A DNA stretch of 64,000 nucleotides from an uncultured virus (IMG/VR IMGVR_UViG_2896054739_000006) (lineage: Duplodnaviria; Heunggongvirae; Uroviricota; Caudoviricetes): IMG/VR virus record IMGVR_UViG_2896054739_000006. One strand, written 5' to 3'. The translations under genes were made by a program, and so were the position numbers. The notes under the pieces were generated by a model that worked only from the letters and a program-made list of their open reading frames with translations, was not told the DNA's origin and ran no database searches. This document shows positions 20,872-31,032 of this stretch, in pieces; within the stretch, counting starts at the first letter, position 1, and every line of letters starts with the position of its first letter.

Positions 20872-21915
20872 TTACACACATTTCTTAAAATAACAGGCCA
20901 GGTCATCACAGGTCTTTTTCATATCTGCACAGACAAGGCCTTCCATGAACTCCGCATGGGTGCCGCCTTCCCCTTCAAAGGTATCCGTTGCCATATAATT
21001 TCCGTTTCCAAGCATATCCCAGACGAAGGTATATCCTGCTGAGGGTTCGTCTAATGCCGGGTGCGGAGTGGTATAGGAAAGCAGCGCCCCGTCCGGTTCA
21101 CAGATAAACCGCATATCGTCCGGCTGGCCTTCCTCTGCAGCATTGTAGGCAGCATACAGGACATTGACTTCATCCACTCCAAACAGTTCCGCCAACACCT
21201 GCTCATTTACTTTAGCCGGATTTGCCGTACTTCCAGTGTATTTCACTCTCTCCAATAAATCCGGATGCTCTTTTAGGGCATTAAAAGTATCATACCCAAG
21301 GGTCAGCTTATTGGGACTCCTCCTGCCATCCAGGCGGATCTGGCGCACACGGGCATCAAAAAAGCTGATAGGGTCGGAATTGGCATCAGAAAACTTAATA
21401 AACTGACTGCCTCCCGGAGCTGTCCCTGATACAATCCCTTCAAACTCATTGGCCCATACCCCCGACTTAAAATACCCGTCTGCAAATTTAAGGTCCAGAT
21501 GTAAAAGCTGCTGGTCTGTGATGTACCTGTTCTTTGTCCTCCTGGGATCTATAGACGGCGGAACGTTAGCCCTCTGATAATTTAATGCCCCAATCTGGTC
21601 AATTCCCGTAATAATCTGGTCCACTTCGCATTTATAACTCTTATCCGTATGTCCCATCTGGGCAGGCGGAACCTTGCCGAATTTCGGTTTCCTCTGCACA
21701 TTATCCCTGGCAAGGTCGCCTTTGTTAAACACATAATAATAACCCGTTGAAAGATCAACCGGGCAGATGGGGAAAATTTTCGTTGCCACATAATCGCTGG
21801 CATCTGCAAAATATGCCATGCTCATATTGGTCAGATACCGGTTCGGCTTCCATCCCTTTGCGATACGTGCCTGCAATTCTGCGGCACTTCCCACTTCTCT
21901 TCCTGTTCCGCTCAT
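20872..21915 (-). CDS. Major capsid protein
   Basis: YLTNMSMAY...IFPICPV; SDPI; ALKEHP motifs; 347 aa. Confidence 0.85.
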   Translation of the reverse strand: MSGTGREVGSAAELQARIAKGWKPNRYLTNMSMAYFADASDYVATKIFPICPVDLSTGYYYVFNKGDLARDNVQRKPKFGKVPPAQMGHTDKSYKCEVDQIITGIDQIGALNYQRANVPPSIDPRRTKNRYITDQQLLHLDLKFADGYFKSGVWANEFEGIVSGTAPGGSQFIKFSDANSDPISFFDARVRQIRLDGRRSPNKLTLGYDTFNALKEHPDLLERVKYTGSTANPAKVNEQVLAELFGVDEVNVLYAAYNAAEEGQPDDMRFICEPDGALLSYTTPHPALDEPSAGYTFVWDMLGNGNYMATDTFEGEGGTHAEFMEGLVCADMKKTCDDLACYFKKCV

Positions 21916-21930
21916 TAATCATCTACCTCC

Positions 21931-22335
21931 TTATGCTGATGCAGGCTTATAACCTGCTTTGATAATCTGTACTTTGATCCATGTTCCGGCTTTTTGTGCA
22001 CTGCTTAAAGCCATTCCGACGATAAAATCCCCGGCCTTGGCTTCCACCGCCAGCCCGGATGCATCCGCCGCAAGCTCCATGCCTGCGGCAATCTCTCCCC
22101 CGGCTGTCCACTTCCCAATATCCTTGACCTGGATATCCACGTCTGTCCCCGGCTCCACAGTTTCATCTGTTTCGATAAGGGAAATGCCAATCACATGGGC
22201 GCCTGCCTCCGGTTTTACCACTGATCCTTCTATTACTGCCAGGGCAATCCCTCTGGCATTTTCTAATTTCTCCCCTGCCGGAAATACGACAGTGGGGCTT
22301 TCATTGATACTTGAACCAAGATACGTTGATGCCAT
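21931..22335 (-). CDS. Capsid decoration/cement protein
   Basis: Small Gly/Ala beta-rich protein upstream of capsid gene. Confidence 0.7.
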   Translation of the reverse strand: MASTYLGSSINESPTVVFPAGEKLENARGIALAVIEGSVVKPEAGAHVIGISLIETDETVEPGTDVDIQVKDIGKWTAGGEIAAGMELAADASGLAVEAKAGDFIVGMALSSAQKAGTWIKVQIIKAGYKPASA

Positions 22336-22337
22336 GT

Positions 22338-23636
22338 TTACTCCTCCTTCTCACATCTTTCCACAAGCGCCGGGTCAGCCATTAATACCTCGTCGATTGC
22401 CTGGGCTTTTGTCAGCCCCGTCTTTGATTTCATAAGCTCCACGGCCTTTGTTTCCGCTTCTGCCCATGCACCGCCGTCCGCACTTCCTCCATGGCCGGAT
22501 TTCCCGATTTCAGAAAATACGCCGGATTTCTCCACTGCTTCCACGGTCTGGTCTAAAACGGCAATCATATCGTTATATGCTGTCCCCCCTACGGATCTTA
22601 GACTTTTAAACAGTGGAACCAACTCATCCTCTTTCTTCCCGATAATTGCATACTTTTTGGCAACTTCGGCCAATTCCTTTTCCTCAGCGGCTTCCCGGAA
22701 TTTCTTTAACCCCTCCAGTTCCGCCCTTACAGCCGGATGGATGCCTTTATAAATATCGTCCTGGACACTCCCGTCCGCTGCGTTTCCGGATTTGGAAACA
22801 GAATCCCAGGAACTTTCCCCCTGGCCGGCATTCCCTGCCGGTTCCGGTGTGGATTGCGGTTCTGCCCCCTGGCCGGCCGCACCGCCTGTCTGTGCAGATA
22901 TCTCTTCCCCTGTGCCGCACCGTTTTTCAATGCTTTCCAGAAAAGCCCTTTCCGCTTCTGTCAGTTTGCTCTTGTCAATTTTCATTTCCTCTTCTTCTCC
23001 TTCCTGATTATCCTTGTCTCTGCCATCTTCTTTGTCCTGCTCCTTTCCCTTACCTTTCTTTCCGGTATCGCCACCAGCCTTCCCTGCCTTTTCAATGAAA
23101 TCCGTCAGCCGCTCTACTGCTGATTTCATGATATCCAGATCAATTTCGGATGCCTCATCATTCTTTTTCACGATGTCAGCCGTTTTGCCATCGGACCATT
23201 TCCCGACGGAATCCTTTGCCAGCGAATAGAACTGGTCAAGGCTTTCCTGCATTGCTGCCGCCGTGCTTGTGCTGTCCAGCTCTTCATCATTCAGGATCGA
23301 ACAGAGGGCGGACTGTAATGCATAGCAGATATCCCACGTCTCGTCATAAATCTTACGTTTGTTTGCCTCGTTGATTTTCTCGCTGAAGCTTGTGGAATCC
23401 CCTTTCTGGATTTCTTCTACCGCACTGTCGATTTCCTCCTGATCCATACCGGCTGCTTTCCCGATAAAATCAAACAGCTTTTTAAAGATATTTCCGGTAC
23501 TCTTCCCGGTTTTCCAAGCTGCAGGCTGGTTTTCCGCATCTTTCCGCTTCATCATGCGGATATGTGCATCTGGATTTGCGCCCTCATCTACCACTGCCAC
23601 CTTGGAAATGCTGAGGTTTTTTAATCTTGTTGCCAC
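22338..23636 (-). CDS. Putative scaffold protein
   Basis: ISKVAVVDEGANPDAHI N-terminus, acidic helical body; between protease and capsid genes. Confidence 0.6.
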   Translation of the reverse strand: MATRLKNLSISKVAVVDEGANPDAHIRMMKRKDAENQPAAWKTGKSTGNIFKKLFDFIGKAAGMDQEEIDSAVEEIQKGDSTSFSEKINEANKRKIYDETWDICYALQSALCSILNDEELDSTSTAAAMQESLDQFYSLAKDSVGKWSDGKTADIVKKNDEASEIDLDIMKSAVERLTDFIEKAGKAGGDTGKKGKGKEQDKEDGRDKDNQEGEEEEMKIDKSKLTEAERAFLESIEKRCGTGEEISAQTGGAAGQGAEPQSTPEPAGNAGQGESSWDSVSKSGNAADGSVQDDIYKGIHPAVRAELEGLKKFREAAEEKELAEVAKKYAIIGKKEDELVPLFKSLRSVGGTAYNDMIAVLDQTVEAVEKSGVFSEIGKSGHGGSADGGAWAEAETKAVELMKSKTGLTKAQAIDEVLMADPALVERCEKEE

Positions 23637-23704
23637 CTGGCTGCCTCCTTCTTAAAGATTTTTATAAAACAAAAAGACACCTATGAGGATGCCTTTCTGG
23701 ATTA

Positions 23705-23854
23705 TCAGTTACGCATGCTTTTTTCATCTGGTATAAGAGGACCGCAATAGCCGCAGGAACAGGGACCCACGAGTCCCACCCAGTTTTTCCCACATTTGGG
23801 GCAAATGCCACTACTGCATATAATACATCTGACCCTATATGTCAGTTTCATCAT
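23705..23854 (-). CDS. Small Cys-rich (Zn-ribbon) protein
   Basis: MMKLTYRVRCIIC...CPKCG...CSCGYC; GGAGG RBS, overlaps protease stop. Confidence 0.4.
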   Translation of the reverse strand: MMKLTYRVRCIICSSGICPKCGKNWVGLVGPCSCGYCGPLIPDEKSMRN

Positions 23855-24347
23855 CTGCCTCCACTCTTTCAGCGGTACCCTCGATAGAAAACATGGAATA
23901 TGTCCCGTCTTTGACTTTTTCCCACACCTCTTCATCCAGCACTTTAAAGCCGATCCACCATCCAACTGGGAGCGTCCCTTCTGGAATGCCAATGGCTTTC
24001 ATTTTTTCTTCCGTAAATACAACACTTTCTACCAGGGAAGCAACGCCTCCCCTCTCATGCATCTCACTGCCATCCCGGTACAAAAGGACATACTCATATG
24101 CCGCATGTTCCAGTTCCCCCGGCTCTACAATATCATCCTGCCAGTCCTCAATCACTTCCCCGTCCACACGCATGGACACGCTGGCCCAGCCAAATACAAG
24201 CCTTTTTTCTTCGTCAGATTTTGCAATCTTAAACCTGCCCTTTACAATGTCTGCCGGACTGCCGGGAGTGCCTGGCATATCAGGAGAATATACTTTTTCT
24301 ACAGGCTTTCCAGCAGATTTTTGTATTAAATCCGAAAACTGAATCAA
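23835..24347 (-). CDS. XkdF-like prohead serine protease
   Basis: KRLVFGWASV...EMH...VES...GWWIGFKV...FSIEG. Confidence 0.85.
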   Translation of the reverse strand: MIQFSDLIQKSAGKPVEKVYSPDMPGTPGSPADIVKGRFKIAKSDEEKRLVFGWASVSMRVDGEVIEDWQDDIVEPGELEHAAYEYVLLYRDGSEMHERGGVASLVESVVFTEEKMKAIGIPEGTLPVGWWIGFKVLDEEVWEKVKDGTYSMFSIEGTAERVEADDETDI

Positions 24348-24377
24348 TTTACCACCTTCTTTCTTTTAAATTGAGCA

Positions 24378-24403
24378 CAAAAAAAAGCTGCCGGATGGCA
24401 GCC
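24378..24403 (-). terminator. Intrinsic terminator
   Basis: GGCTGCCATCCGGCAGC followed by a long T-tract on minus strand. Confidence 0.7.
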
Positions 24404-24421
24404 AATAAATCTGTGCTTCTA

Positions 24422-24790
24422 TTATTTTCTTCCCGGAACTGCCGGGAAACCATTTGGGTTTGGCATTATTATGTCAGAAAATTTCTTCATTTTGGACCTT
24501 GGGGGTGCGGTTTTTTCCACTTGTCCCCGTTCACTTATGTGATTACTTTTTTCTATTTCAGCTACATCAGCATAATAAACCATGCCAAGTTCTTTGTTTA
24601 TTTTCTTTTTATACTTCCTCTCTATTGCCGCTAATTCCCAAGTCTGGGAGCCATCCAGTCTGTTTGTGTCGATTTCATCACCCTTATGAGCCTCAAAATT
24701 GCGTCCCACTTCATCTTTCCACCCCTGGATGATTGTTTGAAATGTCCTCTCCTGCTCTTTAGTCAATTTTCTTCCTGACATAGTCCACAT
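24422..24790 (-). CDS. Hypothetical protein downstream of MuF (candidate immunity)
   Basis: Overlaps MuF 3' end. Confidence 0.5.
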   Translation of the reverse strand: MWTMSGRKLTKEQERTFQTIIQGWKDEVGRNFEAHKGDEIDTNRLDGSQTWELAAIERKYKKKINKELGMVYYADVAEIEKSNHISERGQVEKTAPPRSKMKKFSDIIMPNPNGFPAVPGRK

Positions 24791-26249
24791 AGCCTCTTTT
24801 CTTTAAAATTTCCATGGCACTGTGATGAATCTCAAACCCTGCCTCATGACAGTACTGAAATGCTTCTCTGTATATGTCATTATACACTACTTCAGACATA
24901 TCTTTCAATACAGAAACAGCATAGTCATACTCTTTATTCACACACCTTAATTCAGCTATGTCCTGGTGTTCCCTCAAAAAATTAAAATCATCTGCCCCAA
25001 AAGAAATAATCCCGTTAGACACCGGATGGTTATGCGTAATGGATGCCCCAGCCAGGTCAATGCCGCTTATTCCAACATTTGACGCATCCCCTGCGGCATG
25101 GTATACATTCCCGGCTTTATCAATAACCACTGCATTTTCCACCGTATCATTCCGGAACAGATTCCCATAATGTTCCAATGCCTCTTCTGTCTTTCCCGGG
25201 TCGATTTTCCCCAGGTTCTGCATTCCTTCATCCATATCTGGTTCTGCTTCATCATAAGATACTTCACTGTCCCAGCTGTCTGTCCCGCCATCATAAACTT
25301 CCCTGTGCGGCTCTATCTCTATGTATTCCACGCAACAATGGCATCTTGGATGAGCTGGCGGCAGCATATGGTGGTCCGGGAAAAGTTCTTTGCCTTTTAT
25401 GTCAAACTTGTCATCCATTCCAATCTGCACTCCTTCCAAAGAGTTACATATTGTGCAGACCGACTCACTCCCATTGGTGCTCCACTTCTTTTCCGTCTTT
25501 CCCATATATCCCTTTGCCTGTGCCTGCCTAACCGCTTCATCTGCGCCCCAGTTATATGCAAATGCACTTTCTGTCTGGGCAATAGTCATGGCTCTGGATC
25601 GGTGCTTTCTCTCTGCATATTTCTGTGCAGCATCCCTGGCTTTCTCTCGTATGCTCTCTGGTTTCATCCGGGGATGGTCTTTCTTTAAAGTCGCAGCGAT
25701 ATTATCATAATATCGGGTAACTGCTTTCGTATCCCTCTCAGTAAGCCCGATACAAGGGCGGATAAGCCTAGAAAGTTCATCAACTGTATGACTGTCTCTC
25801 ATTTTCTTCGTAAGAAGCGTCGCAATGGCATCTTTTTGCTCCTGCGTTGAGACAGTGACAAATTCTGCTCCACGCTTTTCAATCCAGTTTAAAATGCCAG
25901 GAGCCTGGGTATTAATCTCAAATGATATATTATCAAAGATTGGTTGTCCAGAAGGTCCTGCACTTATGGCATTCATCCACATTTTTTTAAGCTTTGTATT
26001 TACCAGTACAGAATAATCCTGCATCCATAGTTGCAGCATCTCATAGCTCACGGTTCCGTCAAGTACTATCTGTCTTAGTTCTGGATATGTAATGGCATCC
26101 TGCTGGTCTTTCCAAAAACCGTAGAGAATTTCCGCAGGTTCATCACTGTTTCTTTCCAGATACTCCTGCAGCCTGTCTAAAACTTCCTGGCTGCTCCTGG
26201 TCTTAGCCTTTTTTACCTTCCTTCTTGGACCAATTATCCGGAATCCCAT
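24759..26249 (-). CDS. Head morphogenesis (MuF/SPP1 gp7-like) protein with C-terminal JAB/MPN-like extension
   Basis: RAMTIAQTE...VCTIC...PPAHPRCHC; C-terminal E...THNHP......S...DD. Confidence 0.85.
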   Translation of the reverse strand: MGFRIIGPRRKVKKAKTRSSQEVLDRLQEYLERNSDEPAEILYGFWKDQQDAITYPELRQIVLDGTVSYEMLQLWMQDYSVLVNTKLKKMWMNAISAGPSGQPIFDNISFEINTQAPGILNWIEKRGAEFVTVSTQEQKDAIATLLTKKMRDSHTVDELSRLIRPCIGLTERDTKAVTRYYDNIAATLKKDHPRMKPESIREKARDAAQKYAERKHRSRAMTIAQTESAFAYNWGADEAVRQAQAKGYMGKTEKKWSTNGSESVCTICNSLEGVQIGMDDKFDIKGKELFPDHHMLPPAHPRCHCCVEYIEIEPHREVYDGGTDSWDSEVSYDEAEPDMDEGMQNLGKIDPGKTEEALEHYGNLFRNDTVENAVVIDKAGNVYHAAGDASNVGISGIDLAGASITHNHPVSNGIISFGADDFNFLREHQDIAELRCVNKEYDYAVSVLKDMSEVVYNDIYREAFQYCHEAGFEIHHSAMEILKKRGYVDYVRKKID

Positions 26250-27655
26250 GCTGCTGTCCCCCTTCCAAGGCGTTTTTTCGCCTCTTCTCTCTTTTCATCC
26301 GGTATATCTTCCCCTTCCTCCCCAGATTCTGCCCCTGCGGCTGTATCCGGTTCCGGGGGCTGGTTTTCTTCCTGCTGTTTCTGCCTGGTGCGGTCTGTCT
26401 CCCTGGTGTCGGAAGTTCTCTCCGGAAGATGCCCTGCCTGCCTTACATAATCTTCCAGGCCGTCATCCGGCACTAAGACGCCGATTCCCGTCATATCTTT
26501 GATAAATGCTGCCATTTTTTCAATGTCTACATCTTCGATGTCGCCGTGGGTCATCTTTGGGTAATCTGTTATATTGGCAAAATGCTGCCCGTTTATGTCT
26601 ATCAGGGACGGTATGCCCTGGCTATTAAACGTCTCACAGATAATGTCCAGGAAAGCTCCCATAGCCATAGCAAAAAGATTTGTCTTGTCGGAACTTAATG
26701 CCCAGCTCCCGGTTTTTTCATGGCCTAAAAATATAAAATCCGCCAGCACCGTCATTGCAATCCGGGTGTCATAGCGGCTGATAATGGCGTTTGTATCAAA
26801 CTGCCTATTTCCCCCAGAACTTAAAAGCTCCAGTTCAAATCCATAGGGCAGCACCACCCCTTCCAGTTCATCCCGGCGTATGCTTCTTACCATACCTTCT
26901 AATGTTGCTTTGGTTGTCACCATTTTAGGGTCATCACTGTTCCAGATATCCACATTATCCGGTGTATGCATTACCGGAAGCCCCGCCAAATCCCTTTCAA
27001 TGCCTATTCCCTCAATTTCCTGTATTCTCCGCTTGAAATACCAGGAGCGGTAGGCAGTCCTTAAGATGCTGCGGCCCTCCGGGTTGTTTTTCCTGCTTTT
27101 TGTGCGAAACAGAAGGGCTTTTTCCATGGGTATCGTAAACATCCCGTAATCCGGGGGCGGGTTCTGGGTCATGCCAAGAAGGTTATCCTCATTGTCATAC
27201 TCCCATTGGTAAAGGGTTTCCTGCGCCCTTATGGGCAGTTTCTTCCATCCGATAAGCCCGTCATTGTACTTGCTCCTGGTCCTCTTGTCCCTGGTGTGCC
27301 CCATGCGCCTTTTGTACACGATTTCATGAAAGCTCCACCCGTAGGTTAAAAAAGAAAGGATTTCCGATATGGTGTCTATCCATGTGTCCTGCATATCATC
27401 CATACAGCTTTTTACAAACTCTGCCGCTTCTTTGTCTTTAGCAGTATCCCCGCCGGGCTCCACGTTCCAGTCGCACTGCCTCACAAGCATTTCAATCGCA
27501 AAGAGGATAGCGCCTACCACATCGTCATTCTCTGACATTTCGTGGTAAACCGCTATCCCCCTTTTTCCTCTTAATTCATGGAGAAACTCTTCGTATATGT
27601 TCCCTCCGTACCGCCGCTGGCCTATGCGGCCGATTTCTTTATTGTTGTTGGCCAT
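26234..27655 (-). CDS. Portal protein (Mu gp29-like)
   Basis: NPEGRSILRTAYRSW, GIERDLAGLP motifs; follows terminase. Confidence 0.9.
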   Translation of the reverse strand: MANNNKEIGRIGQRRYGGNIYEEFLHELRGKRGIAVYHEMSENDDVVGAILFAIEMLVRQCDWNVEPGGDTAKDKEAAEFVKSCMDDMQDTWIDTISEILSFLTYGWSFHEIVYKRRMGHTRDKRTRSKYNDGLIGWKKLPIRAQETLYQWEYDNEDNLLGMTQNPPPDYGMFTIPMEKALLFRTKSRKNNPEGRSILRTAYRSWYFKRRIQEIEGIGIERDLAGLPVMHTPDNVDIWNSDDPKMVTTKATLEGMVRSIRRDELEGVVLPYGFELELLSSGGNRQFDTNAIISRYDTRIAMTVLADFIFLGHEKTGSWALSSDKTNLFAMAMGAFLDIICETFNSQGIPSLIDINGQHFANITDYPKMTHGDIEDVDIEKMAAFIKDMTGIGVLVPDDGLEDYVRQAGHLPERTSDTRETDRTRQKQQEENQPPEPDTAAGAESGEEGEDIPDEKREEAKKRLGRGTAAWDSG

Positions 27656-27687
27656 TTCCTTTATCACCCCCTCTTAGTTTATGTCCG

Positions 27688-27716
27688 TTGCTTTCTGCCA
27701 GCTTATTCCCTATAAT
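27688..27716 (+). promoter_or_regulatory. Sigma-A promoter of antisense moron
   Basis: TTGCTT-17 bp-TATAAT. Confidence 0.6.
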
Positions 27717-27766
27717 TTAAGTACAGGCGTCCTCAGCGCCAAGTACACAAGAAAGGAATATATATT

Positions 27767-27952
27767 ATGCAGAAAAAAGAAACTATTACAGGATACTGCC
27801 CCAAGCAAGACTGTGAAACATCAATCATTGTCACCTACACCATTACTGAAGCAATGAAGGCCAGCTACAAAACGCCTCTGCTTTTTAAGTGTAACTATAA
27901 TAATGCTTACGGTACCTGTACTGATTGTCCAATTTTTAAAAATTTGGCTTAA
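27767..27952 (+). CDS. Small Cys-rich moron protein, opposite strand
   Basis: Own promoter and AAAGGA RBS; CPKQDC...C...CTDCP. Confidence 0.65.
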   Translation: MQKKETITGYCPKQDCETSIIVTYTITEAMKASYKTPLLFKCNYNNAYGTCTDCPIFKNLA

Positions 27953-28206
27953 TCTATCGGTTTATAAAAAGCCATGAATTTTTCTGGAAGCTGTGGAATC
28001 CGTGGGTTGCGCACTGATACATCGCAGCCCATAAGCTCCATCTCTACTACTGGAGCTTCCCCGCCCTTATGGATAAATCTAATTCCGGTTACCGCATCCG
28101 ACACATCTATCCCATCAATAGATATATTTGTCATGTTCATTCCATTGGATTCGATAACCAACTTGTGTTTTTTTAGCCTTTTTTCGTTTAATTCCCTTTT
28201 TTCCAT
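27949..28206 (-). CDS. Hypothetical protein
   Basis: GGAGG RBS after terminase. Confidence 0.6.
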   Translation of the reverse strand: MEKRELNEKRLKKHKLVIESNGMNMTNISIDGIDVSDAVTGIRFIHKGGEAPVVEMELMGCDVSVRNPRIPQLPEKFMAFYKPID

Positions 28207-28210
28207 TACA

Positions 28211-29626
28211 TTACCTCCAATAACTGCTCTTTCCAAGACTGCTTTCCACAGGCGGCGCCGAATATGTCCTGCCGCTTTCTACTTCGTTAAATGCAGAACT
28301 GCCTGCATCCACCATGTCTTTAAACTTGGACTGTGGGAAACTCTCCAACTGATTAAAATACATTTCGTTCCAGTCAGCAATCAGCACATCCACATTTCCC
28401 TTATCCATACCTTCAAGGCCAAGCCACTGTGCTGAAAACGGCTCTGCCCTTGTAACTTTGTCTCCGGATTCCGGCAGTATTTTTACTGTGAACCCAGCCA
28501 AAAGCTTTAAGAAACTCTGTGCCTGGTCCTTGCCTGCCTGGCCTGGGTCCTGCGGGAGACGGGTCACAACCCTTTTGTATTTCGCCTTGTCTGCTATACA
28601 GGTCATGCGTATTAATTCCCTTACCTCTGCGGAATCACAGCGGCGGTTTATAACATCCGCAACAATATACCTGCCGTTCTTCCTCTTGCCTATCAGGACG
28701 CTTGCCGTATATGCAGGCTCCCCATCCTCGTCTTCGGAGGTAGCTGCCAAATCCCATCCTCTTGCCCACAGGATTACATCGGTGGGCAGGTTCTCCAGCA
28801 TGTTGACTTTTGTCCGCTTGAACAACAGGCCTGCTGCCGGCTTTATTTTCCAGTTGCCTTTTAACAGACGTTCTCTTTCCACCAGAGGAAGGGCATTTAA
28901 GTTTGCAAGATACGATGGGTCATTTTGCAATAATATTTTATTGTCGTGTATGGTTGATGCAATAAATGTGACACTTTTAATGTCATTACGGTTAACACCC
29001 TGAGATATAAGCTGTTCCTTGTCATCGGCCCATACTATTTCATTGTTGACTCGCGCCATATAGCGGATTTTTCCGCTTCGCTCCGGAATAGGATATCCTG
29101 TATCTCCATCTATCCACCAGCTTATAAAATCTGCGACCCAGCTATCTGCATCCGGATTACAGGTTGCCCGTATGTAGGGTTTTACTCCACAACTGGAGCG
29201 GTTTCGGGACAGCATATAAAAAAACTGATGTTTCGTGAAATGAGTTAATTCGTCATATCCAATTAACGCAATCTGTGACCCCTGCCATTTGCCCAAATCC
29301 TTGTCACCATCAATATGGGCAAAGCTTATTCTTGCCCCTGACCGGAAACGCCAATGTCTCCTGGGCGATGTCTTGGGTATGGAACCCTTTATACTTGCAT
29401 ATGTATCAAAACTTGTGTCCCAAAGACCTCCTTCCTGAGTTATCTGAATCGACTGCCGTCTAAATATAACTGCACCAAACCTGGGATTAGAAATATGCCT
29501 CAGTCCTTCTAGGAGTAAGGCATATGTTTTCCCTCCTCCCGCTGCACCTCCATATATTGCAATATCAGCAGGCGTACTTAAAAACAATTCCTGCGGCCCT
29601 TCCTGCGGCTTTAATATTTTTACCAT
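28211..29626 (-). CDS. terL: Terminase large subunit
   Basis: YGGAAGGGKT Walker A, IGYDE Walker B, ATCNP, RGWDLA and DMVDA nuclease motifs. Confidence 0.95.
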   Translation of the reverse strand: MVKILKPQEGPQELFLSTPADIAIYGGAAGGGKTYALLLEGLRHISNPRFGAVIFRRQSIQITQEGGLWDTSFDTYASIKGSIPKTSPRRHWRFRSGARISFAHIDGDKDLGKWQGSQIALIGYDELTHFTKHQFFYMLSRNRSSCGVKPYIRATCNPDADSWVADFISWWIDGDTGYPIPERSGKIRYMARVNNEIVWADDKEQLISQGVNRNDIKSVTFIASTIHDNKILLQNDPSYLANLNALPLVERERLLKGNWKIKPAAGLLFKRTKVNMLENLPTDVILWARGWDLAATSEDEDGEPAYTASVLIGKRKNGRYIVADVINRRCDSAEVRELIRMTCIADKAKYKRVVTRLPQDPGQAGKDQAQSFLKLLAGFTVKILPESGDKVTRAEPFSAQWLGLEGMDKGNVDVLIADWNEMYFNQLESFPQSKFKDMVDAGSSAFNEVESGRTYSAPPVESSLGKSSYWR

Positions 29627-29628
29627 AG

Positions 29629-30411
29629 TTAATCACGCCCATTATTCGGAATATATATCTGAATCTCATCAACTCCACCCTCGTCAGCAGATATTCTTTC
29701 CTCTTCCTGTTTTATTCTCTTCATCGTCATGACATTGTCGTAATCATCCAGTTTTCGCAACCTCATGAGCGAATCTACACATTTCGTTTTGGCTCTTTGA
29801 ACTTTTGTCAATTCTGACTGTAACGCAACCAACCCTTTAATCCAATGCTCTGTTTCAGTAGTGACATCCATGCTTTCCGGCAAGGACTTCCCTTCTTCTC
29901 CGTAAACCGAATGCTTTTTTGTATGAGTTCCTTTTACATACAATCCTTTAGAAAGACTGTTTTCAAACTTTTTAATCTTGTGCATCAAATCCCGCTCCCT
30001 GACCGAATATACACCTATCTGCATTTTTAGTATATCTTCTTCCTGGCCACCCATGTTATGTATAAGCGATATCTCGTCTTCATCCAATGCATCTAAATAT
30101 AATGTAGAAAAGGCTCCATGTTTTTCCGCATTCTTGTTTCTTTCTGGTACGGATGGTGCATGCCCGACAGCATTTTTATTTCCTTTCGGCGCTCCTTTTG
30201 GTTTCCGAGCGTTCGGTTTCTTTTTATCCGAGCGTTCGGTTTCTTTTTTTTTACTCTGCTCGCTTTTATTTTTATCCCATTTTTGGGTAGATTTCCACCT
30301 GCGGACAGTACTGTCCGGTACGCCGATTTTCTTCGCAATATCGACCAGTTTCATCCCATCCTGGTATAGCTTTTCTGCTTCAATACTGCCTGGGCTTCTT
30401 GCTCTTGCCAT
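29629..30411 (-). CDS. terS: Terminase small subunit
   Basis: N-terminal HTH (STVRRWKS..KW), GAPKGNKNAVGH, NKNAEKHG. Confidence 0.9.
   Translation of the reverse strand: MARARSPGSIEAEKLYQDGMKLVDIAKKIGVPDSTVRRWKSTQKWDKNKSEQSKKKETERSDKKKPNARKPKGAPKGNKNAVGHAPSVPERNKNAEKHGAFSTLYLDALDEDEISLIHNMGGQEEDILKMQIGVYSVRERDLMHKIKKFENSLSKGLYVKGTHTKKHSVYGEEGKSLPESMDVTTETEHWIKGLVALQSELTKVQRAKTKCVDSLMRLRKLDDYDNVMTMKRIKQEEERISADEGGVDEIQIYIPNNGRD
30204..30248. repeat. 22-bp tandem repeat in terS with quasi-palindrome CCGAGCGTTCGG; candidate pac region
   Basis: TCCGAGCGTTCGGTTTCTTTTT at 30204 and 30227. Confidence 0.6.
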
Positions 30412-30510
30412 TTATCACCACCTCGCTATTTGTTTTGTTTTCATAAATAACAGAGGGAGTGCATTGCCTCCCTCTGTTATTTCGTCATACGGATACCGAT
30501 TGATTTAACA

Positions 30511-31032
30511 TTAAATCTTCGTTATAAACTCTGCTTTTGAGAACTCCTGTTCCAGTGTAATCATCATTTTCAAAAAGTCCTCTTTGGAGAACTCTGAAAG
30601 CCGGAAGATTTCCTCCGGCCTCATTCCCAGCTGTTTCCCAATCTCTTTTACGGATTTTCCCTCTGCCATCAGCTCCTTAACGATTGCTTTCATGGGCCCC
30701 AGCAGATGTGCACCTCTCGCTCGGTTATGGGTAACAGTTCCATAGATATTCCCGGCTTTATCCTTATGCTCCACAATTACCACTGGTACTTTCCCTTCCA
30801 GCATGGATAGCAACGGTTCTTCTCCTGCTATTGTCCAGCGATGGAAACCGTCAATAATCGTAAAATCCGGCCTTACCACAATCGGCAGGGTCCAGCCATT
30901 GGCAAGTATAGACTGCTTCAGCAGTTCCAGGTTCTGTTTTGATACTTTATTTGGGTTATAATCGTTCGGTTTTACCCTGCCCCTTGCAACCCATTGAAGC
31001 GTAGAAAGAGGCGCTGCTAACCTATTGTCCAT
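30511..31032 (-). CDS. ParB/Srx-like protein (IbrB/YbdM-like)
   Basis: PNDYNPN, GWTLPIVV, IIDGFHRW, HNRARG. Confidence 0.85.
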   Translation of the reverse strand: MDNRLAAPLSTLQWVARGRVKPNDYNPNKVSKQNLELLKQSILANGWTLPIVVRPDFTIIDGFHRWTIAGEEPLLSMLEGKVPVVIVEHKDKAGNIYGTVTHNRARGAHLLGPMKAIVKELMAEGKSVKEIGKQLGMRPEEIFRLSEFSKEDFLKMMITLEQEFSKAEFITKI

